64,000 bases of DNA from Capsulimonadaceae bacterium (GCA_965215505.1 OZ244065.1:5984001-6048000); one strand, 5' to 3'; counted from the stretch's first letter, positions 1 through 10,170 are shown. Numbers and translations are program-made. The notes: generated by a model from the letters alone, not told the origin.

Positions 1-1288
1 CGAGGTCGTCATTGGTGCAGGCCAGGAACGCGGCGGCGGACCCGGCGGCCACCCGCTCCAGGTTGTCCGGCAGCGAGGCGTCGCCCGTCAGCACCGGCGC
101 GCGGTCGCGAAGGGACTCGGCAAAGCGCGGACGGGGCGCGAGGTCCAGCACGGCCACGTCCAGCCCCAGGTCACTAAACTGCCGGGCCACGCGGTAGCCC
201 ACGTTGCCCAGGCCCGCGACGATGACGTGCCCGGTCAGGCCGCCCGCGCGGCGGCTCAGGGTTTCGTCCAGCCGTTCCGCCGTCGCCAGGGCGGCGAGGT
301 AGGAAAAGACGATGCCGAGCAGCGCGCCGCCGATCAGCATCACGGCGCAGCCGTAGAGCTTCACCCAGTCGGGGGTGTCCTTGAGGCTGATGTCGCCGTA
401 GCCGGTCGTGGTCGCCGTGGTGACGACGAAATAGAGGGCGTCCACGGGGCTGAGGCGCAGGGCATGGCGGAAGACGAAGACCGAGGCGACCAGCACGGCG
501 GCGAGGACGGCCGCCGTGGGCAGCAGCCGGGTCGGCGTCGGCCGGCGGTGCCCGTGCGCCCTGGGCCGACGCTGCCAAAAGGGCCTCCGCGTCCGCCGCC
601 ACCCCCGGTTGCGCGTGACGGCGCGCAGGACCGACTCGCGTGGGCCGCCGATCAGCAGCTCCTCGCCCACGGTCAGAGGCTCATCATCGGCGTTCCCGGG
701 GACGGCGCTCCACTCCGCCTTCGGGCCGAGGCGTGCGAGGACTGCACAGCCGAAGCGGGCCTTGACCTCGGCTGCGGCCAGCCCGAGCAGGGGCGACCCG
801 GCCCGGACCGTCAGCCGGCACAGGGGGACCTCGCCGTCCCCCAGCCGCAGGGTTTCCAGGACGGTGTCGCCGCAGGCGGCGGCGACGAAGGCGGGCGTGG
901 CGAGGGCCGAGACGCTGTAGGCGCGGCGGACGTTCCAGCCCTGCTCCAGTTGGTCGGCGAGCAGGGGGTCGAAGGCGCGCAGGACGACCGGGACATCGGG
1001 GGCCACGTCGCGGGCCGCGACGGTGGCGTGCAGGTTCTTCAGGTCGCTCTCGGACAGGGCGAGCAGCGCGGTCGCCCCGGCCAGGCCCGCCGCGCGCAGC
1101 GTCTCGCCGGGAACTCCGGCCAGGGCATCCACCACCCGCACCCCGTCCCCGAGCAGGGGCAGCAGCGCGTCGGCTTCCCCGCCCAGTCGGATGACCGTCA
1201 CCTGCGCCCGGCCCGCCGCCATCGCCTGCGCCACGCGCACCGAGAGGCGGCACAGGCCCCAGATCACGAACCTTTCTCCGGACAGCAT
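1..1288 (-). CDS. Potassium channel protein with TrkA_N/RCK domains (runs off the left edge)
   Basis: Not in the ORF track because it has no stop in the window. Manual translation from ATG 1288 gives MLSGERFVIWGLCRL...ALYFVVTTATTTGYGDISL...GHVIVAGLGNVGYRVA, i.e. a K+ filter TTTGYGD and a Rossmann GxGxxG. Confidence 0.88.
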   Translation of the reverse strand, partial: MLSGERFVIWGLCRLSVRVAQAMAAGRAQVTVIRLGGEADALLPLLGDGVRVVDALAGVPGETLRAAGLAGATALLALSESDLKNLHATVAARDVAPDVPVVLRAFDPLLADQLEQGWNVRRAYSVSALATPAFVAAACGDTVLETLRLGDGEVPLCRLTVRAGSPLLGLAAAEVKARFGCAVLARLGPKAEWSAVPGNADDEPLTVGEELLIGGPRESVLRAVTRNRGWRRTRRPFWQRRPRAHGHRRPTPTRLLPTAAVLAAVLVASVFVFRHALRLSPVDALYFVVTTATTTGYGDISLKDTPDWVKLYGCAVMLIGGALLGIVFSYLAALATAERLDETLSRRAGGLTGHVIVAGLGNVGYRVARQFSDLGLDVAVLDLAPRPRFAESLRDRAPVLTGDASLPDNLERVAAGSAAAFLACTNDDL

Positions 1289-1429
1289 GGCGCTAAGTTG
1301 GCGTCCGCCTACTCTTTCTCCTGCCCGCGCGCCATATCGCTGTCCGATGTGCTACAATACCGTGTCACGGCGACTTCCTGCCGCGGAACATTTCCCTCGC
1401 GCCCGAGACGCGCCGAGAGAGGAGACCGG

Positions 1430-2065
1430 ATGGATGTCCTCGCCGTTCCGCCGCCAACGCATACTCCGGTTCACGCCGTCAAGATCGTCGCCCTGCTGGC
1501 CTCCGCGGGGGGGCTGAAGGCGATCAGCGCCGTGCTGGCCGCCCTGCCGCGCGACTTCCCCGTGCCCATCGTCATCGTCCAGCACCTCAGCCCGCGCCTG
1601 CCCAGCCTGATGGCGGACATCCTCTCGCGCCGGACCGCCCTGCCCGTCACGCAGGCGCGGGACGGCGAGGCGCTGCGGCCCGGCCACGTCTACCTCGCGC
1701 CGCCCGATCAGCACCTGCTCGTGACCGGGCAGCAAACGGTTTCCCTCACCCTGACCGAGAAAGTCCATCACGTCCGCCCGTCCGGGGACGTGCTGTTCGA
1801 GTCGGTCGCGGCCTGTTACGGCGCGGGGGCCGTCGTGGTCATCCTCACCGGCGGCGACGGCGACGGCGCGACGGGCCTGCTTGCGGTCAAGGACGCCGGC
1901 GGGCTGACCATCGCCCAGGACGAGGCCAGCAGCGAGTCGTTCTCCATGCCCCGCGCGGCCATCGAGACCGGCGGCGTGGACCACATCCTGGCGCTCGACG
2001 CCATCGCCCCGATGCTGCTGTCCCTGGTGGCGCCCGGCTACGCGCCGCGCACCTCAGCGATGTAG
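1430..2065 (+). CDS. cheB: Stand-alone CheB-type protein-glutamate methylesterase
   Basis: C-terminal part of ORF 227..2065; ASAGG, VQHL, RPSGDVLFES, LTGGDGDG and AQDEASS motifs; AGGAG upstream of ATG 1430. Confidence 0.85.
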   Translation: MDVLAVPPPTHTPVHAVKIVALLASAGGLKAISAVLAALPRDFPVPIVIVQHLSPRLPSLMADILSRRTALPVTQARDGEALRPGHVYLAPPDQHLLVTGQQTVSLTLTEKVHHVRPSGDVLFESVAACYGAGAVVVILTGGDGDGATGLLAVKDAGGLTIAQDEASSESFSMPRAAIETGGVDHILALDAIAPMLLSLVAPGYAPRTSAM

Positions 2066-2658
2066 TAGGCGTTGAGGCGCGTCATCACCTCGTCGGAGGT
2101 GATCTCCAGAAGGTATTCGGGCACAAACACCAATCCTCCGTTTCTACACCTGTTGTCTATCTTGATCTGAAACGCAGTGACGCGCGGGAGTCGTTGCAGG
2201 TAGGACTTGTCTTTCATGACAATGACGATCATCCGGTATCTTGCGATGATGCGTGTTTTGAAGAAGCGGTTCGATATGAGACGGCGCTCGTCGGTCCAAA
2301 GATGCATCTTCTGGATTTCGTCCCAGGCGAGTTGACCGACCATGTAGCCGGACGCACGCGCCACGATGCCGGTTCTGTTGATGACAAGGGCCGGTTCGCC
2401 GAGTCGCAGACTTCGCCTTAAAGTGGAAAGGTAGCTGACGAGATAGGGGGTGCCCGCTATCAACACCCCAATCTCAAACAGACCCAGGAAACCCAGGATG
2501 CGGTTGGGCCAGCCCTTTGCCATCACAAAATCGAAGAAAGCCCAACCGAGAAAGGCTGTCATCGGAAGGAGGGCGACACACAGGACGGCATGGAGCACTA
2601 TCAGCCGGCTCAGTGCCTTCCGGTTATAAGCGATCTGTATCGCAGCATCTTCGGCCAC
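2038..2658 (-). CDS. Two-TM membrane protein (STM3941/PH-like), paralog 1
   Basis: Two hydrophobic segments, then PALVINRTGIVARASGYMVGQLAWDEI; similar to 2752..3345 and 48251..48911. Confidence 0.65.
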   Translation of the reverse strand: MAEDAAIQIAYNRKALSRLIVLHAVLCVALLPMTAFLGWAFFDFVMAKGWPNRILGFLGLFEIGVLIAGTPYLVSYLSTLRRSLRLGEPALVINRTGIVARASGYMVGQLAWDEIQKMHLWTDERRLISNRFFKTRIIARYRMIVIVMKDKSYLQRLPRVTAFQIKIDNRCRNGGLVFVPEYLLEITSDEVMTRLNAYYIAEVRGA

Positions 2659-2751
2659 TCTGCACCTCCCGCTTCACCCCAATGCCTCTACTAGAACTCC
2701 GGCGCTTTCCGTCCCACCGCGTGCCGTCGTTACTGCTGCTTGTAGCCCCGG

Positions 2752-3345
2752 CTACGCCGCGCTTCTCATCTCTGCTATGTAAAAGGCGTTGAGGCGCGTC
2801 ATCAATTCGTCGGCGGTGACGGCAAGCGCCATCTCCGGGATGAACAGCCAGCGCCTGCGACCGGCGGCATACCACGGCCTACTCAGCGATTGGATGAGCT
2901 TTGGCTTGCCCCGCAGACAGCGTTGAAAGTCCACGCCATCCTTCAGCATCACCACAACTCCGCGCTGTTTGCTGATGACGGGCATTCTGTCCCACCAGCT
3001 GGCGAACAGCCGGATATCCAAGTCAGAGGGATACATCTTCTCGATCTCATCCCAAGCGAGCTGTCCGAGAGCGTATCCAGAGGCATTGTCCACAAGGCCC
3101 TTCTGATTGACACAAACGGCTTCGTCTGCTCGTTTCAGGCCACGCACGAGAACGCCCACCCACTGCATCGTTCCGAAGTAACTGGGCAAGAGCGCATAAA
3201 CTAGACCAAGAACAGCCCACTCAGCCCAGCCCCTCCCGGCGACATGGAACAGGGTCACGCCAAACACGATAGCGCCTAGAACGATTGCGCTGTAAACTGA
3301 CAGCCGCCGCCGCATTTTGGCCCGGTCAAAGTCAAAGGAAATCAC
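2752..3345 (-). CDS. Two-TM membrane protein, paralog 2
   Basis: VNQKGLVDNASGYALGQLAWDEI and a C-terminus MTRLNAFYIAE nearly identical to its neighbour. Confidence 0.65.
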   Translation of the reverse strand: MISFDFDRAKMRRRLSVYSAIVLGAIVFGVTLFHVAGRGWAEWAVLGLVYALLPSYFGTMQWVGVLVRGLKRADEAVCVNQKGLVDNASGYALGQLAWDEIEKMYPSDLDIRLFASWWDRMPVISKQRGVVVMLKDGVDFQRCLRGKPKLIQSLSRPWYAAGRRRWLFIPEMALAVTADELMTRLNAFYIAEMRSAA

Positions 3346-3373
3346 AGTCCCTCCACCTCTCCTGTGAGCAGGA

Positions 3374-4258
3374 TCATTTCATCCAGGCGTCTTTTTTTCT
3401 TTCTTCCGCGCTTCGCGTGTCCTTGTAGACGATCCGAACATCATGCCACTGTTCTTGCCCGGCGTTATAATCGCGCCAGATGTAGAGCGTATGACGGCCC
3501 GCCCATTGGATGCGGCCTATTCCTCCGAATTGGCTGCTTGCGGAGTTGGTGTGGAACAGATCAAGGACCGTATGCCGGGGGCGGACGATGACATCCGAGT
3601 AGTCACCGGCCGCGCCGGGGTTGACGTTGTGTATCACGGCGACATAAGCCCCGTCCGGGGATGGTGCCGGGTCGGATTGGGTCACCTCCGTGCCCATGCC
3701 CCGCGACCACGCTGCCCCGAGTAGATCGAACAGCCGGAAAGGCACGCCCAACGCAGCAAGCCATACCAGGACCACGATAACCTTTCTGGGAGCTAGGGGG
3801 CTGCCCGCGATTGGCACAGAAAAGAGGGGCTGCTGCCAGGCACGGGCAACAACAGTGGCCGCAAGATAGGACGCTGCCACCGCCAGGAGCGCAGGCAGGA
3901 AACCAGAAGCAGTAAAGCCGAACATCGCGAAGATGCCTCCCGCCGGTAGCAGGCTCCAAAGCAGACTGGACTTCACTGCGCCACCGGCTCTCGGGAGACA
4001 GGCACAGGTGAGTAGGCCCAGGAGCAGGCCCGTGGCGAGAAACGGCCAGTCGGGGCAGAGCGTGTTCCACGCGAGGGCCAGCAGGATGCTCCACAGTTCT
4101 TCAGGGTGCCGAAGATATTCCGGGCCACTGCTTTCCAAAAACCACAGCAGGCTGAATGAGTAGGCCCAGATGAGCGCGTAGGACACGACGCAGATGACCC
4201 ATTGGCGCATCAACGGCCATGCCTTCCCGGCTTGGACCGGACTGTCCTCCTGCATCAC
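3374..4258 (-). CDS. Hypothetical multi-pass membrane protein
   Basis: Several TM segments plus a soluble C-terminal domain (SPDGAYVAVI); GAGGAG RBS. Confidence 0.6.
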   Translation of the reverse strand: MMQEDSPVQAGKAWPLMRQWVICVVSYALIWAYSFSLLWFLESSGPEYLRHPEELWSILLALAWNTLCPDWPFLATGLLLGLLTCACLPRAGGAVKSSLLWSLLPAGGIFAMFGFTASGFLPALLAVAASYLAATVVARAWQQPLFSVPIAGSPLAPRKVIVVLVWLAALGVPFRLFDLLGAAWSRGMGTEVTQSDPAPSPDGAYVAVIHNVNPGAAGDYSDVIVRPRHTVLDLFHTNSASSQFGGIGRIQWAGRHTLYIWRDYNAGQEQWHDVRIVYKDTRSAEERKKDAWMK

Positions 4259-4265
4259 CTACTCC

Positions 4266-5171
4266 TCAAGTCACCGCCCCGACCAGCTCGTTCACGTCCT
4301 CGATCCCATTCTCCGCCAGATAAGCCTCGATTCCCGTCACTACGTCTGTCACCGCCGTCGGGTTCACGAAGGTCGCTGTGCCGACGGCGACCGCCGTCGC
4401 GCCGGCCAGCAGGAACTCGATGGCGTCGGTGGCGGACATGATGCCGCCCATGCCGATCAGCGGCACGTCCGGCAGGGCGCGATGCACCTGCCAGACGCAG
4501 CGCAGGGCGACGGGCTTGACGGCAGGGCCGCTCAGGCCGCCGGTGATGTTGGCGAGCCGGAACTTGCGCTTACGGACATCTATCGCCGTGCCGAGCAGGG
4601 TGTTGATGAGCGAAAGGCCGTCCGAGCCGGCCTCCACGGCGGCGCGGGCGATGGGGACCAGATCGGTGACATTGGGTGAGAGCTTGGTGATCAGCGTCAG
4701 GTCGGTGACTTTCCGAATCTCGCGGATGAGTTCGCCCGTTAAAGCCGGGTCCACGGCGAAGTCGCAGCCGTGCTTGACGTTGGGGCAGGAGATGTTGATT
4801 TCCAGGCCATGCACCCCGCCCACCGCCGTCAGCCGCTCGGCGAGATAGACATAGTCGGCGACCTCATAGCCGACGAGGTTGACGATGACCGGAACGTCGA
4901 ACTGCCGCAGGAAGGGCAGCTTTTCGGTGAGAAAATTGTCGATGCCGCCGTTTTGCAGGCCGATGGCGTTCAGTATCCCCGAAGGGGTCTCGACGATGCG
5001 CGGCGTCGGGTTGCCCAGGCGCGGCTCGCGCGACGTGCTCTTGACGACGCACGCTCCTATCTTGGTCAGGTCCACGATGCCGGCCATCTCATTGCCGAAG
5101 CCGAATGTCCCCGACCCCGTGACGACGGGGTTCCGCAGCGTCAGGCTGCCGATCTTGACGGACGTATTCAC
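4266..5171 (-). CDS. pyrD: Dihydroorotate dehydrogenase, family 1B catalytic subunit
   Basis: GNPTPRIVET, LNAIGLQN, EINISCPN, KLSPNVTD, GGLSGPAVKP. Confidence 0.95.
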   Translation of the reverse strand: MNTSVKIGSLTLRNPVVTGSGTFGFGNEMAGIVDLTKIGACVVKSTSREPRLGNPTPRIVETPSGILNAIGLQNGGIDNFLTEKLPFLRQFDVPVIVNLVGYEVADYVYLAERLTAVGGVHGLEINISCPNVKHGCDFAVDPALTGELIREIRKVTDLTLITKLSPNVTDLVPIARAAVEAGSDGLSLINTLLGTAIDVRKRKFRLANITGGLSGPAVKPVALRCVWQVHRALPDVPLIGMGGIMSATDAIEFLLAGATAVAVGTATFVNPTAVTDVVTGIEAYLAENGIEDVNELVGAVT

Positions 5172-5962
5172 CACTTCACCTCCGACGCTTCAAAGACCGG
5201 CCCGTCCACGCAGCAGCGGACGCGGCGGCCGTCGGCGAGGTCCAGCACGCACCCCATGCAGACCCCGATGCCGCAAGGCATGGACACCTCGACGGACAAC
5301 TGGCAGGGGACGCCGAGCGACTTACAGAGGTCGCCGACCGCCCGCATCATCGGGGTCGGCCCGCAGCAGTAGACCGTGACCGGCCGGCCCGAACGCTCGC
5401 GCAGTACCGGCTCCAGGGCGTCCGTGACGCGCCCCGGCGTCCCGTGGGAGCCGTCCTCGGTCGCCGCCCGCGCGTCCACACCCGCCGCCATCAGTTCGGC
5501 CTCACACAGCAGGAGGTCTTTGCGGCGCGCGCCGATGATGAAAAGGATGTCGGAGGCGGCGTCAGCCGCTCGCAGTTCGCGGGTCAGAAAAACTAGTGGC
5601 GGGACGCCGTAGCCGCCGCCGACCATGATGTGGGCTGCGCCGGGGCGGTCGTCGGGCCGGAAGATGCGCCCGCCCAGCGGGCCGACTAGGTCCAGCACGT
5701 CGCCGGGGACCTTGCGCGCCATGCCCTGCGTCGTCGCGCCGACGATGGAATACAGCAGGCTGATCCGGCCCCGGTCGCGGTCCACGGTGTAGATGGAGAA
5801 GGGCTTGCGGAGCAGCGGGTCGGTCCGCTCCGCTGTGAGCGCATTGACGAAGTGGCCGGGCCGGGCCAGAGCGGCGAGGCCGGGTGCCTCGCATGTGATG
5901 ACCTTATGGTCCGCAATGATCACGTCGTTGGCGAGGATGGGGGCGAAGACTTGTTGAGGCAT
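5168..5962 (-). CDS. pyrK: Dihydroorotate dehydrogenase electron-transfer subunit
   Basis: RKPFSI, GPLG, GGGYGVPP, CGPTPMM, 2Fe-2S motif CGIGVCMGC...CVDGPVF; overlaps pyrD. Confidence 0.93.
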   Translation of the reverse strand: MPQQVFAPILANDVIIADHKVITCEAPGLAALARPGHFVNALTAERTDPLLRKPFSIYTVDRDRGRISLLYSIVGATTQGMARKVPGDVLDLVGPLGGRIFRPDDRPGAAHIMVGGGYGVPPLVFLTRELRAADAASDILFIIGARRKDLLLCEAELMAAGVDARAATEDGSHGTPGRVTDALEPVLRERSGRPVTVYCCGPTPMMRAVGDLCKSLGVPCQLSVEVSMPCGIGVCMGCVLDLADGRRVRCCVDGPVFEASEVKW

Positions 5963-5974
5963 GAACAGAACTTC

Positions 5975-6682
5975 CTAAGCGGGGGGCGGGAGTGTCAGTA
6001 AAGAGACGGCCAGTGCATCGAACGTCTGGACGCGCGGGCAGTCGGCATCGGGGCGGCGGCTCGCGTGGTCAAATAGGAGGGCCGACATCCCCGCCGCCCG
6101 CGCGCCCGCGACATCCAGTTCGTACCAGTCGCCGACGTGCAGGGAGGTTTCGGGGGTGGCGTCCGCCTGGCGCAGTGCCTCTTGGAACAGGCGCGGGCTG
6201 GGCTTGGTGACGCCGACGATCTCGGACACGGCCAGGGCATCCAGCAGGGGCGCGATGCCTAGCTCGTCCAGCAGGGCAGGTAGGGTCGCCTCCCAGTCGG
6301 AGATCGCGCCGAGGGTGAAGCCGCACCGCCGGAGTTCCCGTAGCAGGGCCAATGCGTCCGGGTGAAGGTAGCGGCTGAATGGGACGGCGGCGAACGCCAC
6401 GCCGAATGCCTGCCACTCTTCGTCGCCGAGAGGCGGGCAGCCGAGCGCCCGCCAGATGCGGGACACGGTCTCGCGCAGGGAGTCGGGGGCGTCCCAGAGG
6501 ACACCCGCGACGTAGCGGCCCACTGCATACGCCTCGCCGACGCGAAAGGCCGCAGGCAGATGCGCCTCCTCTAAGGAAAAGCCGCTCTGCCGCGCCGCCA
6601 GCGCCAGCCGCGTCAGCAGCGGCGGGTCGTCATAGACAAGCGTGTCTCCGATGTCGAAGAAGATGGCCTTGATGGGTGACAC
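5975..6682 (-). CDS. HAD-superfamily hydrolase
   Basis: FFDIGDTL, KPSP, HVGDWYELDVAGA. Confidence 0.9.
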   Translation of the reverse strand: MSPIKAIFFDIGDTLVYDDPPLLTRLALAARQSGFSLEEAHLPAAFRVGEAYAVGRYVAGVLWDAPDSLRETVSRIWRALGCPPLGDEEWQAFGVAFAAVPFSRYLHPDALALLRELRRCGFTLGAISDWEATLPALLDELGIAPLLDALAVSEIVGVTKPSPRLFQEALRQADATPETSLHVGDWYELDVAGARAAGMSALLFDHASRRPDADCPRVQTFDALAVSLLTLPPPA

Positions 6683-6709
6683 TAGGCCATTATACCAGAC
6701 GCCCGCCGT

Positions 6710-7003
6710 CTACTTAGTCGCCTGCTTGATGTTTTCTTCCACGGGGTCGAAGAACCCGCCCGTTACGTTCAGCCGTCCCTGCATCTCGCGCGAGACGACG
6801 GCCCAGTCCGCCTCATCCAGACGGCCCCGCAGCGACTCGCCGAGAGCGCGGCTGTCGGGCGGCTGGGGCGCGTCCAGCAGGGCGGCGACCCGGTCGCGCA
6901 GCAGGGTCGGCTCTTGCAGCAGCTCGGCATCCAGGGGCGAGGTGCCGAAGTCCGATTCGGCATAGTTCAGGTACTCGATGACGTCTTCAGTGGTCTGGTT
7001 CAT
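6710..7003 (-). CDS. Small acidic hypothetical protein
   Basis: 97-aa ORF that fills the gap between neighbouring genes on the same strand. Confidence 0.55.
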   Translation of the reverse strand: MNQTTEDVIEYLNYAESDFGTSPLDAELLQEPTLLRDRVAALLDAPQPPDSRALGESLRGRLDEADWAVVSREMQGRLNVTGGFFDPVEENIKQATK

Positions 7004-7042
7004 GCGTGGTCTTTACCTACGCCGCGCCGCCCGCCAAACCTG

Positions 7043-8113
7043 CTAGGCCGGGGGCAGCTTGCGGAGCAAGGTGATCCGCCCGATGGGCACCCACTCGGCG
7101 ATCAGGATGTCGCCGTTGTGCAGGAAGTTCGCGGCGTGGGGGTGGATGAACTTGCCGGGGAGGAACGCCGAGCGCGGGGCGTCCCGCAGGCCGGCCGGGT
7201 AGCCGTCGCCGAGGGAGGCCACGACGCGGTTTTCCTTGTCCAAGATCGTCAGGACGCTGTCGAGGTCCGGCACCAGCATCTCGTCCCCGCGCAGCTTGAA
7301 GTGGCAGGGCTGCCGCATCCCGGCCGTGACGACCGAGCGGGGCTTGCCGTCGAGCGTGAAGTATTGCAGGCGGTGGTTCGCCCGGTCCGCCACGACCAGG
7401 GCCGGCTCGCCCAGCCTGTCATCCACCCACAGCCCGTGGGGCGTGTGCAGCTTGCCAGGCTGCGTGCCCGCGCCGCCGAAGGTGCGGACGTACTCGGCCT
7501 GCGCCGAGTACTGGTGTATAAAGCTCGACCCGTAGCCGTCCGCGACGTAGAACCCGCCGTCCGGTCCGAAGGCGACGTTGGTCGGCACGAACGGGCGGCC
7601 GTCCTTGTAGACGTTCGCCTCGGCGGGCGTCCCCTTCTGCCACACGACCTTCCCGTCCAAAGTCGTCTTGGTCACGGTCTTGTGGGCGGTGTCGCAGTGG
7701 TACAGGAACTCCTGCCTGCCCTCTTTCCGCAAGTCCAGCCCGTGCCCGCCGCCCCGGAACTGCTCGCCCCACGACGTCAGGAACTTGCCGCCCTTGTCGA
7801 AGACCACGATGGCATGGCCGACCGGGCTGCTCGGGTGGACGGTGTGCGCGATGTAGATGCGCCCCCGCGCGTCCTGCGCGATGCCCTGCGTGTCCCCCCA
7901 CTGGATGGAGGGCGGGGGCGTCAGCCAGTCCGGCACCCACTCGTACCGGTGCGCGCCCCGGCCCAAGACGAGCGGGCCGGCCCCATCCCCTTTGCCCAGA
8001 GCGTCCGCAAGCGATGCGCCCGTCAGGGACAGGCCCGCCGCCGTGAGAATGCTCCGCGTTAGGAACTGCCGCCGCGTCGTTGCCGTCGCTGATCGCTCTT
8101 CTTCCTGGTTCAT
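7043..8113 (-). CDS. Tat-exported NHL-repeat beta-propeller protein
   Basis: TRRQFL twin-arginine signal; YVADGYG, PHGLWVD and VADRANHRLQ NHL motifs. Confidence 0.85.
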   Translation of the reverse strand: MNQEEERSATATTRRQFLTRSILTAAGLSLTGASLADALGKGDGAGPLVLGRGAHRYEWVPDWLTPPPSIQWGDTQGIAQDARGRIYIAHTVHPSSPVGHAIVVFDKGGKFLTSWGEQFRGGGHGLDLRKEGRQEFLYHCDTAHKTVTKTTLDGKVVWQKGTPAEANVYKDGRPFVPTNVAFGPDGGFYVADGYGSSFIHQYSAQAEYVRTFGGAGTQPGKLHTPHGLWVDDRLGEPALVVADRANHRLQYFTLDGKPRSVVTAGMRQPCHFKLRGDEMLVPDLDSVLTILDKENRVVASLGDGYPAGLRDAPRSAFLPGKFIHPHAANFLHNGDILIAEWVPIGRITLLRKLPPA

Positions 8114-8141
8114 TGCCTGCCTCTTTCTGCCGCGAGGGACT

Positions 8142-8786
8142 TCACCCGTGGTCCGCGTCCGTGTGCGAGAGGGCCGCCGCGATGGCCGCCCGCACCCCGG
8201 CCGTCATCAGGTCCAGCGGCAGCGAGGCCTGGTGCATCCTGTCCTCCGAGATCACCTGCTCCGAAGACAGCGGAAGGTGGATGAACCCGGCCCGGTAGCG
8301 CATGTCCCACTGCGCCGCGTAGTGCAGGGCGTTGTAGAGGATGTGGTTGCAGGCATACGCCCCCGCGTACCCGTGCGCCCGCGCCGGGACGCCCGCCGCG
8401 CGGATTGCGGCGGCGATGCGCTCGGCGTCAACGGTCGCGAACAGCCCGGCTATCCCGTCCGCGATGATGGCCGACTGCGGCAGGTTGGGCGCGACGGGTT
8501 TGTTCGGGTCCACATCCCCTGCGAAGCGCAGGTTGACCGCGAACCGCTCCACCTCCAGGCAGGCCGCGCCCGCCGCCAGCCCCAGCGACAGCACGAGCGT
8601 CGGGCCGTGGTCGGCGATGGCCGCCGTGAGTTGGTCGGCGTCCTCGCCCATCCGCACCGGCAGCGTCAGGCCGACGACGGCCGCGCCGCCGACCGTCTCG
8701 CCGTGCAGACGCTCGGCGATCTGCTGGGAGGGGTTCATCTTGGAGTCGCCGAAGGGGGCGAAGCCGGTCAGGAGTACGGTCGTCAT
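8142..8786 (-). CDS. pcp: Pyroglutamyl-peptidase I
   Basis: VLLTGFAPF, ERFAVN, AGAYACN (catalytic Cys), GFIHLP; GAGGAGG RBS. Confidence 0.92.
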   Translation of the reverse strand: MTTVLLTGFAPFGDSKMNPSQQIAERLHGETVGGAAVVGLTLPVRMGEDADQLTAAIADHGPTLVLSLGLAAGAACLEVERFAVNLRFAGDVDPNKPVAPNLPQSAIIADGIAGLFATVDAERIAAAIRAAGVPARAHGYAGAYACNHILYNALHYAAQWDMRYRAGFIHLPLSSEQVISEDRMHQASLPLDLMTAGVRAAIAAALSHTDADHG

Positions 8787-8797
8787 CAGATTCCTCC

Positions 8798-9613
8798 TCA
8801 AATTCCCTTTTGCTGCGGGATGTGCCCTTGGAGCCAGGCCCGCTCCCGCGTGTAGACGGGCGGCGTGACCGGCTGCCAGACGCGGCGCTCGACGCCCGTC
8901 GCCGTCCGCGTCTCGCCGGTCCGCTTGTCTACATAGTCCCTGTCTTCAACGACCAGGCCGCGGACTATGCAGCGGCCCCGCTTGAAGCCGCCGGGCATGT
9001 CGTTCCAGTTGATGCCGCATTCCTGCCACAGCATCTCCTGCATCTCGTCCGACGTCTTCCCTTGCAGCCGCTCATGCGGGAGGTGCGCCTGCGCGGTCAT
9101 GGAGACCGAGTTGCGCGTCGCGTCCTGCTGACGCCAGATGAAGTAGTTCTCCACCTCACCCGCATCGGGGATCGTGAACGCGCGGCTGTCGAAGTAGGCG
9201 GTCGGTCCCCCGCGCAGGTCTGCCCCCTCCTGACCGTCAAGGAGCCGCTGCCAGCGGGCCGCGTTGAAATGCGCCGTGGCGATGGAGGCGGAGATCGAGG
9301 TCAGCTTTTGCAGGTTTCCGTCGAACCACGCCTGCGTGTGGCTGTCGGCGAAGTCCGTCAGCAGCAGGCTGATCTCGTCCGACTGGATGTAGGCGATCTG
9401 CGCCCCCTCGATCTGCCGGCAGAGGGCAGCCGCCGTCATGTCCATGTCTTCCATCAGGGGCGCGTCGAAGGGCCGGGCGCAGTCCTTCGTGTAGGAGTGG
9501 AACGCCTTGCCGTCAATGCGGAGGATGGTATAGGTCCGCCGGGGCAGCAGGAAGCGCGTCCGGTCCTCGTAGTGGCCCTTCATCCGGTCGCCGAGGGAGT
9601 CTTTTTGAGCCAT
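8798..9613 (-). CDS. Thg1-like protein (tRNA-His guanylyltransferase family, 3'-5' polymerase)
   Basis: LGDRMK..YE, RIDGKAFH, YIQSDEISL, FDSRAF, YFIWRQQDATRNS. Confidence 0.92.
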   Translation of the reverse strand: MAQKDSLGDRMKGHYEDRTRFLLPRRTYTILRIDGKAFHSYTKDCARPFDAPLMEDMDMTAAALCRQIEGAQIAYIQSDEISLLLTDFADSHTQAWFDGNLQKLTSISASIATAHFNAARWQRLLDGQEGADLRGGPTAYFDSRAFTIPDAGEVENYFIWRQQDATRNSVSMTAQAHLPHERLQGKTSDEMQEMLWQECGINWNDMPGGFKRGRCIVRGLVVEDRDYVDKRTGETRTATGVERRVWQPVTPPVYTRERAWLQGHIPQQKGI

Positions 9614-10170
9614 CGTAGCACATCCATAAGCCGAGCGAAGCCGAGTGGTTGAAAACCACTCGCTAGGAGAAGCGTCCTGCGGACGTAGGAGGTGAGGCGG
9701 GTGCTAGGCGTTTGTTCGCCTGGCACTTCTTCGTCTGGCACTTCTTCGTCTGGCACTTCTTCGTCTGCCTCCTCCCATTCGCCCCAGAGTGGACCCTGAG
9801 AATGATGGCGCTCTTGGTTTTCCGCGTAGCGAACTACTTTGCTGAGTAGCGGGCGGCAGAGGCTGAACACGCCGTAGCCGTCCTGCCAGCGGAAGTATGG
9901 AGTCCGCTTGGTCAGGTCGTTCACGAGGGCCGACGAACTTCCTTTGACTTGTTTCACCAGTTGTGCCGCACAAACTGTTGCCGGTGTGCGGACCACCAGA
10001 TGGATGTGGTCGGGCATCCCGCCGAGGGCAAGGACGTGGCATCCCAGATGTTTTGCCTGCATCTCGAGAAAGGGGTATAGCCGCTCCCGGATTGCAGGCG
10101 TGATGAGCGGTTGCCGTTCCCTCGTCGCCCACACCAGATGTAAATAGATCTCCGATTTGCTCCGCCTCAT
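9580..10170 (-). CDS. tnpA: Y1/HUH tyrosine transposase (IS200-like / REP-associated TnpA)
   Basis: HLVWAT, MPDHIHL (HUH), KGSSS, WQDGY, RYAENQERHH; AAGGAGG RBS. Confidence 0.9.
   Translation of the reverse strand: MRRSKSEIYLHLVWATRERQPLITPAIRERLYPFLEMQAKHLGCHVLALGGMPDHIHLVVRTPATVCAAQLVKQVKGSSSALVNDLTKRTPYFRWQDGYGVFSLCRPLLSKVVRYAENQERHHSQGPLWGEWEEADEEVPDEEVPDEEVPGEQTPSTRLTSYVRRTLLLASGFQPLGFARLMDVLRWLKKTPSATG

Noticed and set aside
227-1429. Long N-terminal extension of CheB
   Set aside because: It is antisense to the potassium channel gene; CheB has its own RBS and ATG at 1430.
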